A DNA stretch of 41,547 nucleotides from Acidimicrobiia bacterium (GTDB taxonomy: Bacteria > Acidobacteriota > Terriglobia > Versatilivoradales > Versatilivoraceae): NCBI GenBank assembly GCA_016871215.1, contig VFZK01000003.1, forward strand, positions 1 through 41,547, given 5' to 3'. Position numbers and translations under genes: made by a program. The stretch's first letter is position 1, and each line of letters opens with the position of its first letter. Below are positions 9,970-17,854 of this stretch, piece after piece. The notes below the pieces were generated by a model. That model saw only the letters and a list, made by a program, of their open reading frames with translations, did not search any database and was not told the DNA's origin.

Positions 9970-11634
9970 TCAACGGCTGGCTTCTCCACCGGGCTCGACG
10001 ATCTTGTGGTATCGATTCGGTGTCAGTCCCGCAACGTTCTGGATCTTCCCACTAGGCCATTGAATCTCGGCCGAAAGCGTTTCCGAAGCGGGAGCCGCAC
10101 CCAAACCAAACAACAACCGTTTGTCGTGTGATGCCAGGAAACTGCCGCCGCCTCTGAGCCATCGGGTCAACGTCTGCCGGCCCAGCCGGATCGCAGCCTT
10201 GGCGCCGATCGCATCTCGATTGCTCGCCCTGCCTTGCAACTCCAAGCCCATCCAGCTCCGTTCTCGCCCGGCATTGTTATGCAGCAACACGGCGCGGCCG
10301 TTGAGGCAGACGAAGATCGCGTCCATCCCGCCGTCGTTGTCGAAATCTCCGAACGCCATCCCTCGCGCCGCGTAGTCGCGAGCGAAGGCTGGTCCTGCTT
10401 CGGCTTTCACGTTCTCGAAGACCGCTTCGCCGCGGTTTCGGAGCAGCAAGGGAGGTTCTTTGTATTTGATGTCCTTGCGAGCAAACTCAATGGTATCGGT
10501 TACGTGGCCGTTCACGATCAGAAGGTCGAGGTTGCTGTCGTTGTCGTAGTCCAGAAAACCGACGCCCCATCCCACATAGGGCTGGCTGAAACGCGCCAGG
10601 CCAGAAACCTTGGTTGTTTCCTGGAAGGGCAGTTTCGCTGTGCCGAGATACAGTCCGTGGTGTTCGTCGTGAAAGTTGGTCACGACAAAGTCAGTTAGGC
10701 CGTCGCCATTGACGTCGCCAACATCGACGCCCATGCCTGACCGGGCCATTCCTTCCGAGTTGAAGGCGACATCCGCTTCGAAGGCCACGTCCTCGAAAGT
10801 CCCGTTCTGCTTGTTGACCAGCAGCAGATTCGGCGTGGCGTCGCTGGCAACGAACAGGTCAGGCCAGCCGTCCCGGGTTACGTCGACACTGACGACTCCA
10901 AACGCCCGCCCCACATACTGATGGACGCCGGCGAATTCACTCGTGTCGGCAAACGTACCATCGCCGCGGTTCTTGAAGAGCTTGGACCGGCTGCCTTCGT
11001 AGGAGCGTTGGTCGCAATACGCAGGCTTGCCCGCGTGGTCGCAAGGGGACGGTTTGTCGAAGGACAACTGCGCATAGTTGCAGACAAACAGGTCCAACCA
11101 GCCGTCGCGGTCATAGTCAAGCCAGGCGGCGCTGGCCGACCACTCGGGTTGGTTCAACAGCCCAGCTTCCCTGGTCAGGTCGACAAAGGTGCCATCCCCT
11201 TTGTTTCGAAACAAGGTGCAGCGCGGATACCCAGTGACGAACAGGTCCTGCCAGCCGTCGTTGTCAAAGTCGGCCACCGCCACTCCCATGCCGTAGTGGG
11301 AGATTCGGTGGACACCGGCCCGGCCCGCGACATCCTGGAACCGGCCGCTGCCTAGATTCCGGTAGAGGGCATTGAGCACTGCTGTCTGGCTTTTTCCCTT
11401 GGGTGTCTCGCCGCCGTTGACCAGATAGATATCCAGAAGCCCGTCGTTGTCGAAGTCGAACAATGCGACCCCACCCGATGAGGTCTCGATCAGGAAACGG
11501 TCTGCAGACTCGCCGTTGAAGTGGCGCCACTGAATGCCAGCCGCTTCCGTTTGGTCGGTGAAGGCGAATGGAGGAGTTTCGGCAACGCCGGCAATACCCA
11601 GCAACGGGAGCAATCCCCACAACAGCGTTCGCAT
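9970..11634 (-). CDS. CRTAC1 family protein (FG-GAP repeats + ASPIC/UnbV), secreted
   Basis: Seven DxDxDGxxD-type repeats (DFDNDGLLD, DFDNDGWQD, DYDRDGWLD, etc.), C-terminal LLFGLG...IQWPSG, signal peptide MRTLLWGLLPLLGIAGVA. Confidence 0.9.
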   Translation of the reverse strand: MRTLLWGLLPLLGIAGVAETPPFAFTDQTEAAGIQWRHFNGESADRFLIETSSGGVALFDFDNDGLLDIYLVNGGETPKGKSQTAVLNALYRNLGSGRFQDVAGRAGVHRISHYGMGVAVADFDNDGWQDLFVTGYPRCTLFRNKGDGTFVDLTREAGLLNQPEWSASAAWLDYDRDGWLDLFVCNYAQLSFDKPSPCDHAGKPAYCDQRSYEGSRSKLFKNRGDGTFADTSEFAGVHQYVGRAFGVVSVDVTRDGWPDLFVASDATPNLLLVNKQNGTFEDVAFEADVAFNSEGMARSGMGVDVGDVNGDGLTDFVVTNFHDEHHGLYLGTAKLPFQETTKVSGLARFSQPYVGWGVGFLDYDNDSNLDLLIVNGHVTDTIEFARKDIKYKEPPLLLRNRGEAVFENVKAEAGPAFARDYAARGMAFGDFDNDGGMDAIFVCLNGRAVLLHNNAGRERSWMGLELQGRASNRDAIGAKAAIRLGRQTLTRWLRGGGSFLASHDKRLLFGLGAAPASETLSAEIQWPSGKIQNVAGLTPNRYHKIVEPGGEASR

Positions 11635-11916
11635 CCGGCATAGCGATATAACGGCATCGTACATCGTTAGCCGGGCCCAGAAACCTCGCCTTTCGGCGAG
11701 GACCGCGGTTGCTTGTACATTTCGAATCTCACAACTTGCCAGGCCTGCGTCGTCGCCCTACGGCCACTACGAACGGGTGCGGCTTCCCGTGGAGGGTACC
11801 CGCGCGCCACTCTGCTTAGATGCCAACGCTCCCCTCGATGGAGCCGAAGGCGACCACCAAAAATCGTGCGGACGGGCGAAGTTTCTGAGAACACGATCAC
11901 GCGCTTCAGCGAAATC

Positions 11917-12765
11917 CTAGGCCAATCCTAGAATCGCCCCTGCGTCACGGTGAATCATTGACTCCATTTGATTCGGGTCGAGACGGGGAAGGTGGGTGCC
12001 TTCCAATATGCTATTGAGATTGCGAAGGCCGCGCACAGAGTCGTCTACGGTCGTCACCGGAAAGTCGGTCCCAAAGAAAAGCTTGCTCCAAACTCCATAC
12101 TCTTGCACCAGCATCAGGCTGTGATAGAGCTGGAAGGGTCTGTAAAACAGCGCCGAGACGTCGGCGTAGACATGGGGGTGTTTGCGGATTACGGCCACCG
12201 TCTCACCCTCATAAGGGTGTCCAAGATGGGCAATGATGATGCGGCACTCTGGATACCGAATCGCCACGTCGTCCAGATGCCTAGGCAGCGTGCAATCAAG
12301 CGGGGCCTGATCGACAAAGGTCGTGCCCATGTGCAGCAAAACGGGCAGGCGATTGCGCGTTGCGTAGTCCCATAGCTCGTCGAGCTTACGATCCTGCGGA
12401 TAAAACCCGGCGTACATGGGCAGCAGCTTGATCCCCTTCATTTTCAGATCCTGATGCCCTTCCAGCATCTCGTCCTGCCACCTTTCCTGGGTCGGGTCCA
12501 GCGACAAGAACGGAATCAGAGATTCAGGATCCTGGCTGCAGTAGGTTGCCACGTGGCGATCGGAAGTCCAGACGCCCGAAAGCCGGGCTTTGCCCCCGAA
12601 TACTACCGTCTTGACCGTCTGTGCATACGACTGGCAGGAGGCGCGGTAGTCCTCAAGGCGGCTGGTCATATCCAGTTCATACCCACGCATTCGAACGCAC
12701 TGCTGCAGCATGCGTTGTGAAAACGAGTCCTGCCGGTGAGCGTGTGTATGCACGTCAAAAATCAC
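11917..12765 (-). CDS. Amidohydrolase_2 family TIM-barrel metallohydrolase/decarboxylase
   Basis: IFDVHTH, KGIKL, PVLLHMG, IIAHLG, YADVS, FFGTDFP; GTG start after AGGAG. Confidence 0.88.
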   Translation of the reverse strand: MIFDVHTHAHRQDSFSQRMLQQCVRMRGYELDMTSRLEDYRASCQSYAQTVKTVVFGGKARLSGVWTSDRHVATYCSQDPESLIPFLSLDPTQERWQDEMLEGHQDLKMKGIKLLPMYAGFYPQDRKLDELWDYATRNRLPVLLHMGTTFVDQAPLDCTLPRHLDDVAIRYPECRIIIAHLGHPYEGETVAVIRKHPHVYADVSALFYRPFQLYHSLMLVQEYGVWSKLFFGTDFPVTTVDDSVRGLRNLNSILEGTHLPRLDPNQMESMIHRDAGAILGLA

Positions 12766-12825
12766 GAAGAACGCTCCTTGCGAAGCTCAGCAAACCCGCG
12801 TGCTTGATCTGTCGAGGTTCGCCGC

Positions 12826-13839
12826 TTAGGCGGCTTGCACACCAAAAACCTGTTTGGCGTTGTTCCAGAAGATGTCGTCGATCTGTTGTTGGGACAGGCC
12901 GGCCAACTGGGCTGCATGTTTCATGCAAAGCAACTGCTGGTAAATCGCCAGCACAGGGCGCTGGTCGCAATGAATCACGGCCTGGCTTGCATAGTCGGGC
13001 GCTTCGATCTGATACCAGAACCTTCCCATCGCAACATATTGGCCGCGGAAACTGTTTGCGACGAGGTTGTCGGTCCCAAAGAGGATCCGGCGGTGATCCT
13101 CCTCCTTAAACAAGGTGTAATGAGCCATCAAGTCCGCAACCGCCGACGTGTCGTACCAGATGTTGGGCAGGTCGCGCAGCCGATGAACGGCCTTGCTGAT
13201 CGGCCAATAGGTGAAGCTGCGGGCACAGTGAGCGAGAATCCAGCGAATTCGCGGATATCGCCGTTGTGTGAACTCTTCCAGGTCGTCGAGGTTGCATTGA
13301 TCGGCACACCCGTGGAACCGCGACAGGTGCATCGTCACCCAGAGGCCGAGATCGTTTGCCACCTCCATCTGTTCGTGCGTCAGGAACTCGTGAATGCGGC
13401 ACTGGTTGACGTCCCCGGTCGTCGAAAATAATCGATACGGCTTTAGCCCCGCAAAGCCGAGGCTTTTGATGTCTGCCAGGATGTCTTCAGCGCGGCACTG
13501 TGGGGTAACCAATCGAAGTTTTCGTGAATTGGGGGAGTCCTGCAGTTCGGCAGCAACGAAGCGGTTGTGCGCGGCGACGTCCACGCCTATTACCGGCATC
13601 CCCAAGATGAGGTAGTCGATGTCCCGGCCCGGAAAGAACTGGCGGTTCCACTGCCGGGTCACTGCCATATCAGACTCGACCATGCGGTTGCGTCTCGGGC
13701 TATCCGGCGGGAGATGAGCGTCACTCCACAGATGCGCATGCGCATCGAAAAACCGTGCAGGGACGAAGCTGTCGAGGTCTTCTTCCCAGACAATCCGATC
13801 CGATTCCGTATAGGTGAGCTGACGGGTCGCAGACGACAT
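12826..13839 (-). CDS. Amidohydrolase_2 family protein
   Basis: FDAHAH, GLKPY, VTMH, ILAHCAR, WYDTS, ILFGTD; ATG 13839 with GGAGG RBS. Confidence 0.85.
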   Translation of the reverse strand: MSSATRQLTYTESDRIVWEEDLDSFVPARFFDAHAHLWSDAHLPPDSPRRNRMVESDMAVTRQWNRQFFPGRDIDYLILGMPVIGVDVAAHNRFVAAELQDSPNSRKLRLVTPQCRAEDILADIKSLGFAGLKPYRLFSTTGDVNQCRIHEFLTHEQMEVANDLGLWVTMHLSRFHGCADQCNLDDLEEFTQRRYPRIRWILAHCARSFTYWPISKAVHRLRDLPNIWYDTSAVADLMAHYTLFKEEDHRRILFGTDNLVANSFRGQYVAMGRFWYQIEAPDYASQAVIHCDQRPVLAIYQQLLCMKHAAQLAGLSQQQIDDIFWNNAKQVFGVQAA

Positions 13840-14159
13840 GATGGTCCCTCCGAACAAACACAAGCCCTTAACGTGAAGACCCTGAAGAGGGCAACTCCTT
13901 CAACAAACCTGGAATCCGAAACCGCCTGTTTCTCGCCCCCGCGAACCCAGTGGTTGGTTGTGTCGACGGATCGTCGCTCGCGGCTGGGGATTGCGGGCCT
14001 GGGGAAATTGCCAGTCTTGTTGTTCGTGCTTAGCTTTGAGGCAAACCTCAGTGGCCTCCAGCGGAGGCATAGACTAACACAGGTTGCGCCGAACGAGTGA
14101 CTCCATATAGGATAAGGTTAGATCAAATATCCGGATGCAGAAGGAACCGCGAGGACAAC

Positions 14160-14888
14160 ATGCCAAAGACTCTGTTTCGGGCGGTTCCCAAGCCCCTGAT
14201 TTCAGACCAAATCACCGAAGAGATCGAGAAGGCAATCGTCAAAGGGATTCTGAAACCAGGACAGAAACTGTCGCTCGACGAATTGGCTTCGCAGTTTCAG
14301 GTGAGTCAAATCCCGATCCGAGAAGCGTTCAACCGGCTGGCCGCCATGGGGCTCATCGTTCGAAAACCGAACCAAGGCACGTTCGTGGTCTCATTCTCGA
14401 CCGATGAAGTGGAAGCAATCCTCGAGGTCCGTGACCGGCTGGAAGGATTGGCGGTGCGCCTTGCGGCACAGCGTGCCACCCCGGATGACATCAAGACGCT
14501 GAGAAAACAACTGGCCCAGATGGAACGTGCCGCCAGCGCCAAGAACAACGTACAGCTGGCCGAAGTCAACATCGATTTTCATCGGACGCTTTGGGCCTGC
14601 GCGCGGAACACGTTCTTGGAGAAATCGCTGGCAGCCCTGGTCCTTCCGATGTTTGGGTTCAACATGGCAACTCATCTGCCTCAGGTCGACCTTTCCTCCT
14701 ACACGCAGAAGCACGAGCGCATCGTCGATGCGATCGCTGAAGGCAACGGCGACCTGGCCGAACAACAAATCGAGATTTTGAGCAACGATACGCGCGATAT
14801 CGTCGCGCAAGAGCGAGGCAAGGTGGCGGCAGAAGCTGCGACTACGTTGCCGCGTGGGCGACAGCGGCGAGGAGGAGCAGCAGAGTGA
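14160..14888 (+). CDS. GntR family transcriptional regulator (FadR/FCD type)
   Basis: wHTH LKPGQKL...LASQFQVSQIPIREA...GTFV; FCD motifs EVRDRLE, NIDFHRTL, HERIVDAI; GAGGA RBS. Confidence 0.93.
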   Translation: MPKTLFRAVPKPLISDQITEEIEKAIVKGILKPGQKLSLDELASQFQVSQIPIREAFNRLAAMGLIVRKPNQGTFVVSFSTDEVEAILEVRDRLEGLAVRLAAQRATPDDIKTLRKQLAQMERAASAKNNVQLAEVNIDFHRTLWACARNTFLEKSLAALVLPMFGFNMATHLPQVDLSSYTQKHERIVDAIAEGNGDLAEQQIEILSNDTRDIVAQERGKVAAEAATTLPRGRQRRGGAAE

Positions 14889-14997
14889 AGTGGAACCCTT
14901 CTGCCTTCTCATTCGAGTGAGTACCTCCCGTCGGCTCCCTGCTAGCGAGAACGGTGACCAGCGGATTTCAAACGTGAGACTACAGAGGAACACAACC

Positions 14998-16260
14998 GTG
15001 GCAATGGCGATCGATAGGCGAAGAATGATGTCTACTGCGTGCACAGTAACGGCAGGTCTGGCGCTCGGAATACGCCCGCGCGCCGCCGCGCCGCGTGTGA
15101 GGGTCGAGTCCACTACGGTCATCAGCATGCGGCCGAATCTCTATCACGGCTGGCCCACCATGGCGCGGCGGCGCAGCGGCGAGCTCTTGCTTGTAGCATC
15201 CGGCGGTCGGGAAGCGCACGTGTGCCCTTTTGGCTGGGTCGAGTTGATGCGCTCCAAAGACGACGGTAACAGCTGGAGCTTTCCTGAAGTGTTGCACGAT
15301 AGCGTTCTGGACGACCGCGATGCCGGGGTCCTGGAAACTGCGAAGGGCACGTTGCTGGTCACGACTTTTACCTCTGTTGGGTATGAAAAGCGGCTTGCCG
15401 AGGCAGAGACGATCAAGCCAGGCCAGGAAGGCGCCTGGTCTGAGGAGAAGTTGCGACGCTGGCACGCCGCCCACCGCCGCGTCAGTGCTGCAGAACGGCA
15501 AGCCGGCTTGGGCAGTTGGATGCTCCGATCGACTGATGGAGGCGTTTCCTGGTCTGCAGCCTATCGATGCCAGGTCAACAGCCCTCATGGCCCGATCCAG
15601 CTTGGCGATGGCCGTTTGCTTTACGCCGGCAAGCAGTTTCCGTCCGGCGGCGCGGGCTTCAACGAAGGACGCATTGGCGTGTGCGAGTCTATCGACGACG
15701 GGTTAACGTGGCGCTGGCTGGCCGAAATCCCAACACGCAGCGGCGACCGCTTCCAAGGCGATGGCTACTCCGAGCTGCATGCCGTGGAAGCGGCCAACGG
15801 AACGATCGTTGCCCACATTCGCAACCACAACAAAGCGAATGAACGGGAAATCCTTCAGAGCGAATCGACCGACGGCGGGAAAAGCTGGTCGACTCCGCAC
15901 CCGATTGGAGCCTGGGGCCTCCCGTCACATTTGCTTCGGCTCAAGGATGGGCGGCTGCTCATGAGTTACGGCCACCGGCGGCCGCCGCTGGGTGTGCAGG
16001 CTCGAATCAGCGAAAACCACGGACTCACTTGGTCGGAAGCACTCGTGATTTCAGGTGACGGCACTTCGACTGACTTGGGCTATCCCTCCACGGTGGAACT
16101 GGACAGCGGTACCTTGCTCACAGTTTGGTATGAGTTGATGAACTCTAAGGAGGACCTCGAGCACTACTTCAAGAAGGGTCGCGATCGAGAATGGTTCAAG
16201 AAGACTGAAGGCTTGCCCGGCGCAGCGCTGAGGCAGGCACGGTGGAGACTCGCAGGCTGA
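14998..16260 (+). CDS. Sialidase-like BNR/Asp-box beta-propeller protein, Tat-type signal
   Basis: DRRRMM + hydrophobic stretch; Asp boxes SKDDGNSW, STDGGVSW, SIDDGLTW, STDGGKSW, SENHGLTW; DLGYP; start GTG 14998 or ATG 15004. Confidence 0.85.
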   Translation: MAMAIDRRRMMSTACTVTAGLALGIRPRAAAPRVRVESTTVISMRPNLYHGWPTMARRRSGELLLVASGGREAHVCPFGWVELMRSKDDGNSWSFPEVLHDSVLDDRDAGVLETAKGTLLVTTFTSVGYEKRLAEAETIKPGQEGAWSEEKLRRWHAAHRRVSAAERQAGLGSWMLRSTDGGVSWSAAYRCQVNSPHGPIQLGDGRLLYAGKQFPSGGAGFNEGRIGVCESIDDGLTWRWLAEIPTRSGDRFQGDGYSELHAVEAANGTIVAHIRNHNKANEREILQSESTDGGKSWSTPHPIGAWGLPSHLLRLKDGRLLMSYGHRRPPLGVQARISENHGLTWSEALVISGDGTSTDLGYPSTVELDSGTLLTVWYELMNSKEDLEHYFKKGRDREWFKKTEGLPGAALRQARWRLAG

Positions 16261-16439
16261 AAGGGATTCGAGACCACGGCTCCCTAACCGGTCAACGGGG
16301 AAGCAATGTCGAGACTCCTTTCGCCCTGAAGGAACCGGCTTCTCGCTCGAGATCGTCCGGTGGCGCAACCAACGCAAGAGGCCTGATCGATGCGCCTCCA
16401 GGGAAACGGTGACCATCGAGACTCTCACCTGAACTCCTG

Positions 16440-16652
16440 AAGGGTGTGAAAGGATTGAAACTCGGTGAAGGCTTCGGCTCCCCTCTCCCCAACGCGGGCT
16501 GGGGGTGAGGGGAATCCCGCAAGGTGCAAGAGTACTGCAAGACCCAGAATTGGCAGGATTCTTCGGTTGCAGGCGGCAAAACACACGGCGTGCATCGCCC
16601 CCTCACTCCCTAGCGGGGCGAAGGAAACCGAAGCCCTGATTTTTTCACAGCT
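16440..16652. repeat. Degenerate inverted-repeat element (REPIN/MITE-like, CCCCTCAC/CCCTCTCCCC-type arms)
   Basis: ggcttcggctcccctctcccc...gggggtgagggg is an imperfect inverse of cccctcactccctagcggggcgaaggaaaccgaagcc; lies between convergent genes. Confidence 0.5.
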
Positions 16653-16670
16653 TCCCTGCGCCGCCTGCCC

Positions 16671-17438
16671 TCAGTAGCGATTGTATTCTTTGAGTGCTTT
16701 CAACATGGACTTGCTTTCTTTGATGATCGGAATCATCTTGCTCTCCTTCTGGTCATACTCTTTGATGAGCCGCACGACTTCGTCCGCCTTCTCCACCGGT
16801 ACCACCACCACGCCCGTTGGGTCGCCGACGACGTAATCGCCTGGCCGAACCCAGATGCCTGCGCAGCGAACTGGGACCTGCTTCGAGACACTAACCAGCC
16901 TTCCAACCACGGTGGCAGGTGTAATGCGCCGGCTGAACACCGGCAGACCGATCTCTTCGATTTCGTCTACGTCGCGAGCCCCACCATCGATGACCGCGCC
17001 GGCAAGGCCACGCACTTTGGCGGTGGTGGCCATCAAGTTGCCAATGCCCGAAACGTCGAGACTGTCTTCCAGAACATACACCAACACGCTGCCAGGCGCC
17101 GCTTCGTCCAGAACCTCCAGTGCTCGATTGGGGTATGACCTTCCGTCCGTTTTGAAGACCGGGCGCAGCACTGCCGTGGCCGCCGGTCCTACGATCTTTG
17201 CCTTAAAGAGCGGCCGCATGTCCGTGTACATATACCCTCTCTGCCCGGTCGCTTCATCCAAGGCGTCGGCGATGTTGCCGGTGCTGGCTTGTTTCAGGGC
17301 CGCAATGATCTCCGCCGGTGAGAGTTTGGAACCGGAGGTCTGCCCAGGCTCTGTATGGGCGACAGCCCTTTGTAGCAGGAAGCAGACCAACAAGATCAGA
17401 GAGAATCTGAAGCATGGTGCTGCGCTTGTCATCGTCAT
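16671..17438 (-). CDS. RraA/HMG-CHA aldolase family protein with N-terminal signal peptide
   Basis: IADALD, IVGPA, GNLMATTA, VIDGGARDVDEI, VRPGDYVVGDPTGVVVVP; ATG 17438 with AGGAG RBS; hydrophobic FSLILLVCFLL-QRAVA. Confidence 0.88.
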   Translation of the reverse strand: MTMTSAAPCFRFSLILLVCFLLQRAVAHTEPGQTSGSKLSPAEIIAALKQASTGNIADALDEATGQRGYMYTDMRPLFKAKIVGPAATAVLRPVFKTDGRSYPNRALEVLDEAAPGSVLVYVLEDSLDVSGIGNLMATTAKVRGLAGAVIDGGARDVDEIEEIGLPVFSRRITPATVVGRLVSVSKQVPVRCAGIWVRPGDYVVGDPTGVVVVPVEKADEVVRLIKEYDQKESKMIPIIKESKSMLKALKEYNRY

Positions 17439-17508
17439 CGGAGCGCTCCTTTCAAGTCGCTTTTCACTAGGGTTCGCGAGCCGGGGGCCCTGTCGGCGGT
17501 CGCTCCAA

Positions 17509-17637
17509 GGCCCCGTCAAAGTCTCATAAGTCCTTGAATCGAGGTCGAGCCCATGCTAACGCGCGGGCTACTGATTTGGTCCACGCCGCTATTCATTAGC
17601 CCGACCGTAAGGGAGGGCTCACGACTTTGACGGGACC
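17509..17637. mobile_element. 129-bp MITE-like element with 15-bp TIRs, 16-bp flanking direct repeats and an internal REP doublet
   Basis: TIRs ggccccgtcaaagtc (17509-17523) and gactttgacgggacc (17623-17637), 14/15 match; flanks tcggcggtcgctccaa and ccggcggtcgctctaa, 14/16 match; inner inverted pair 17547-17574 / 17593-17620. Confidence 0.65.
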
Positions 17638-17660
17638 CCGGCGGTCGCTCTAAAAAGACC

Positions 17661-17688
17661 TTGAAACATACCACATCTCATATAGGAT
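17661..17688 (+). promoter_or_regulatory. Putative sigma70 promoter for the PSD1 gene
   Basis: TTGAAA-16 bp-TAGGAT, overlapped by the near-palindrome catctcatataggatg. Confidence 0.4.
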
Positions 17689-17854
17689 GACCGGAACAGC
17701 GTGCATTCCGTGCAGGTTCGTCAGAGTCGAGCCTCCTAGCAAGTGAGCTCTGAACGGTGCGTCAGAACGGTAACCCCGCGTCGGCCAGGGCTCCAAGTGA
17801 GCACGGCGAGCCAAGAGGCTCTGACGGAGCCGTTCAGAACGTGCTGGATATTCG

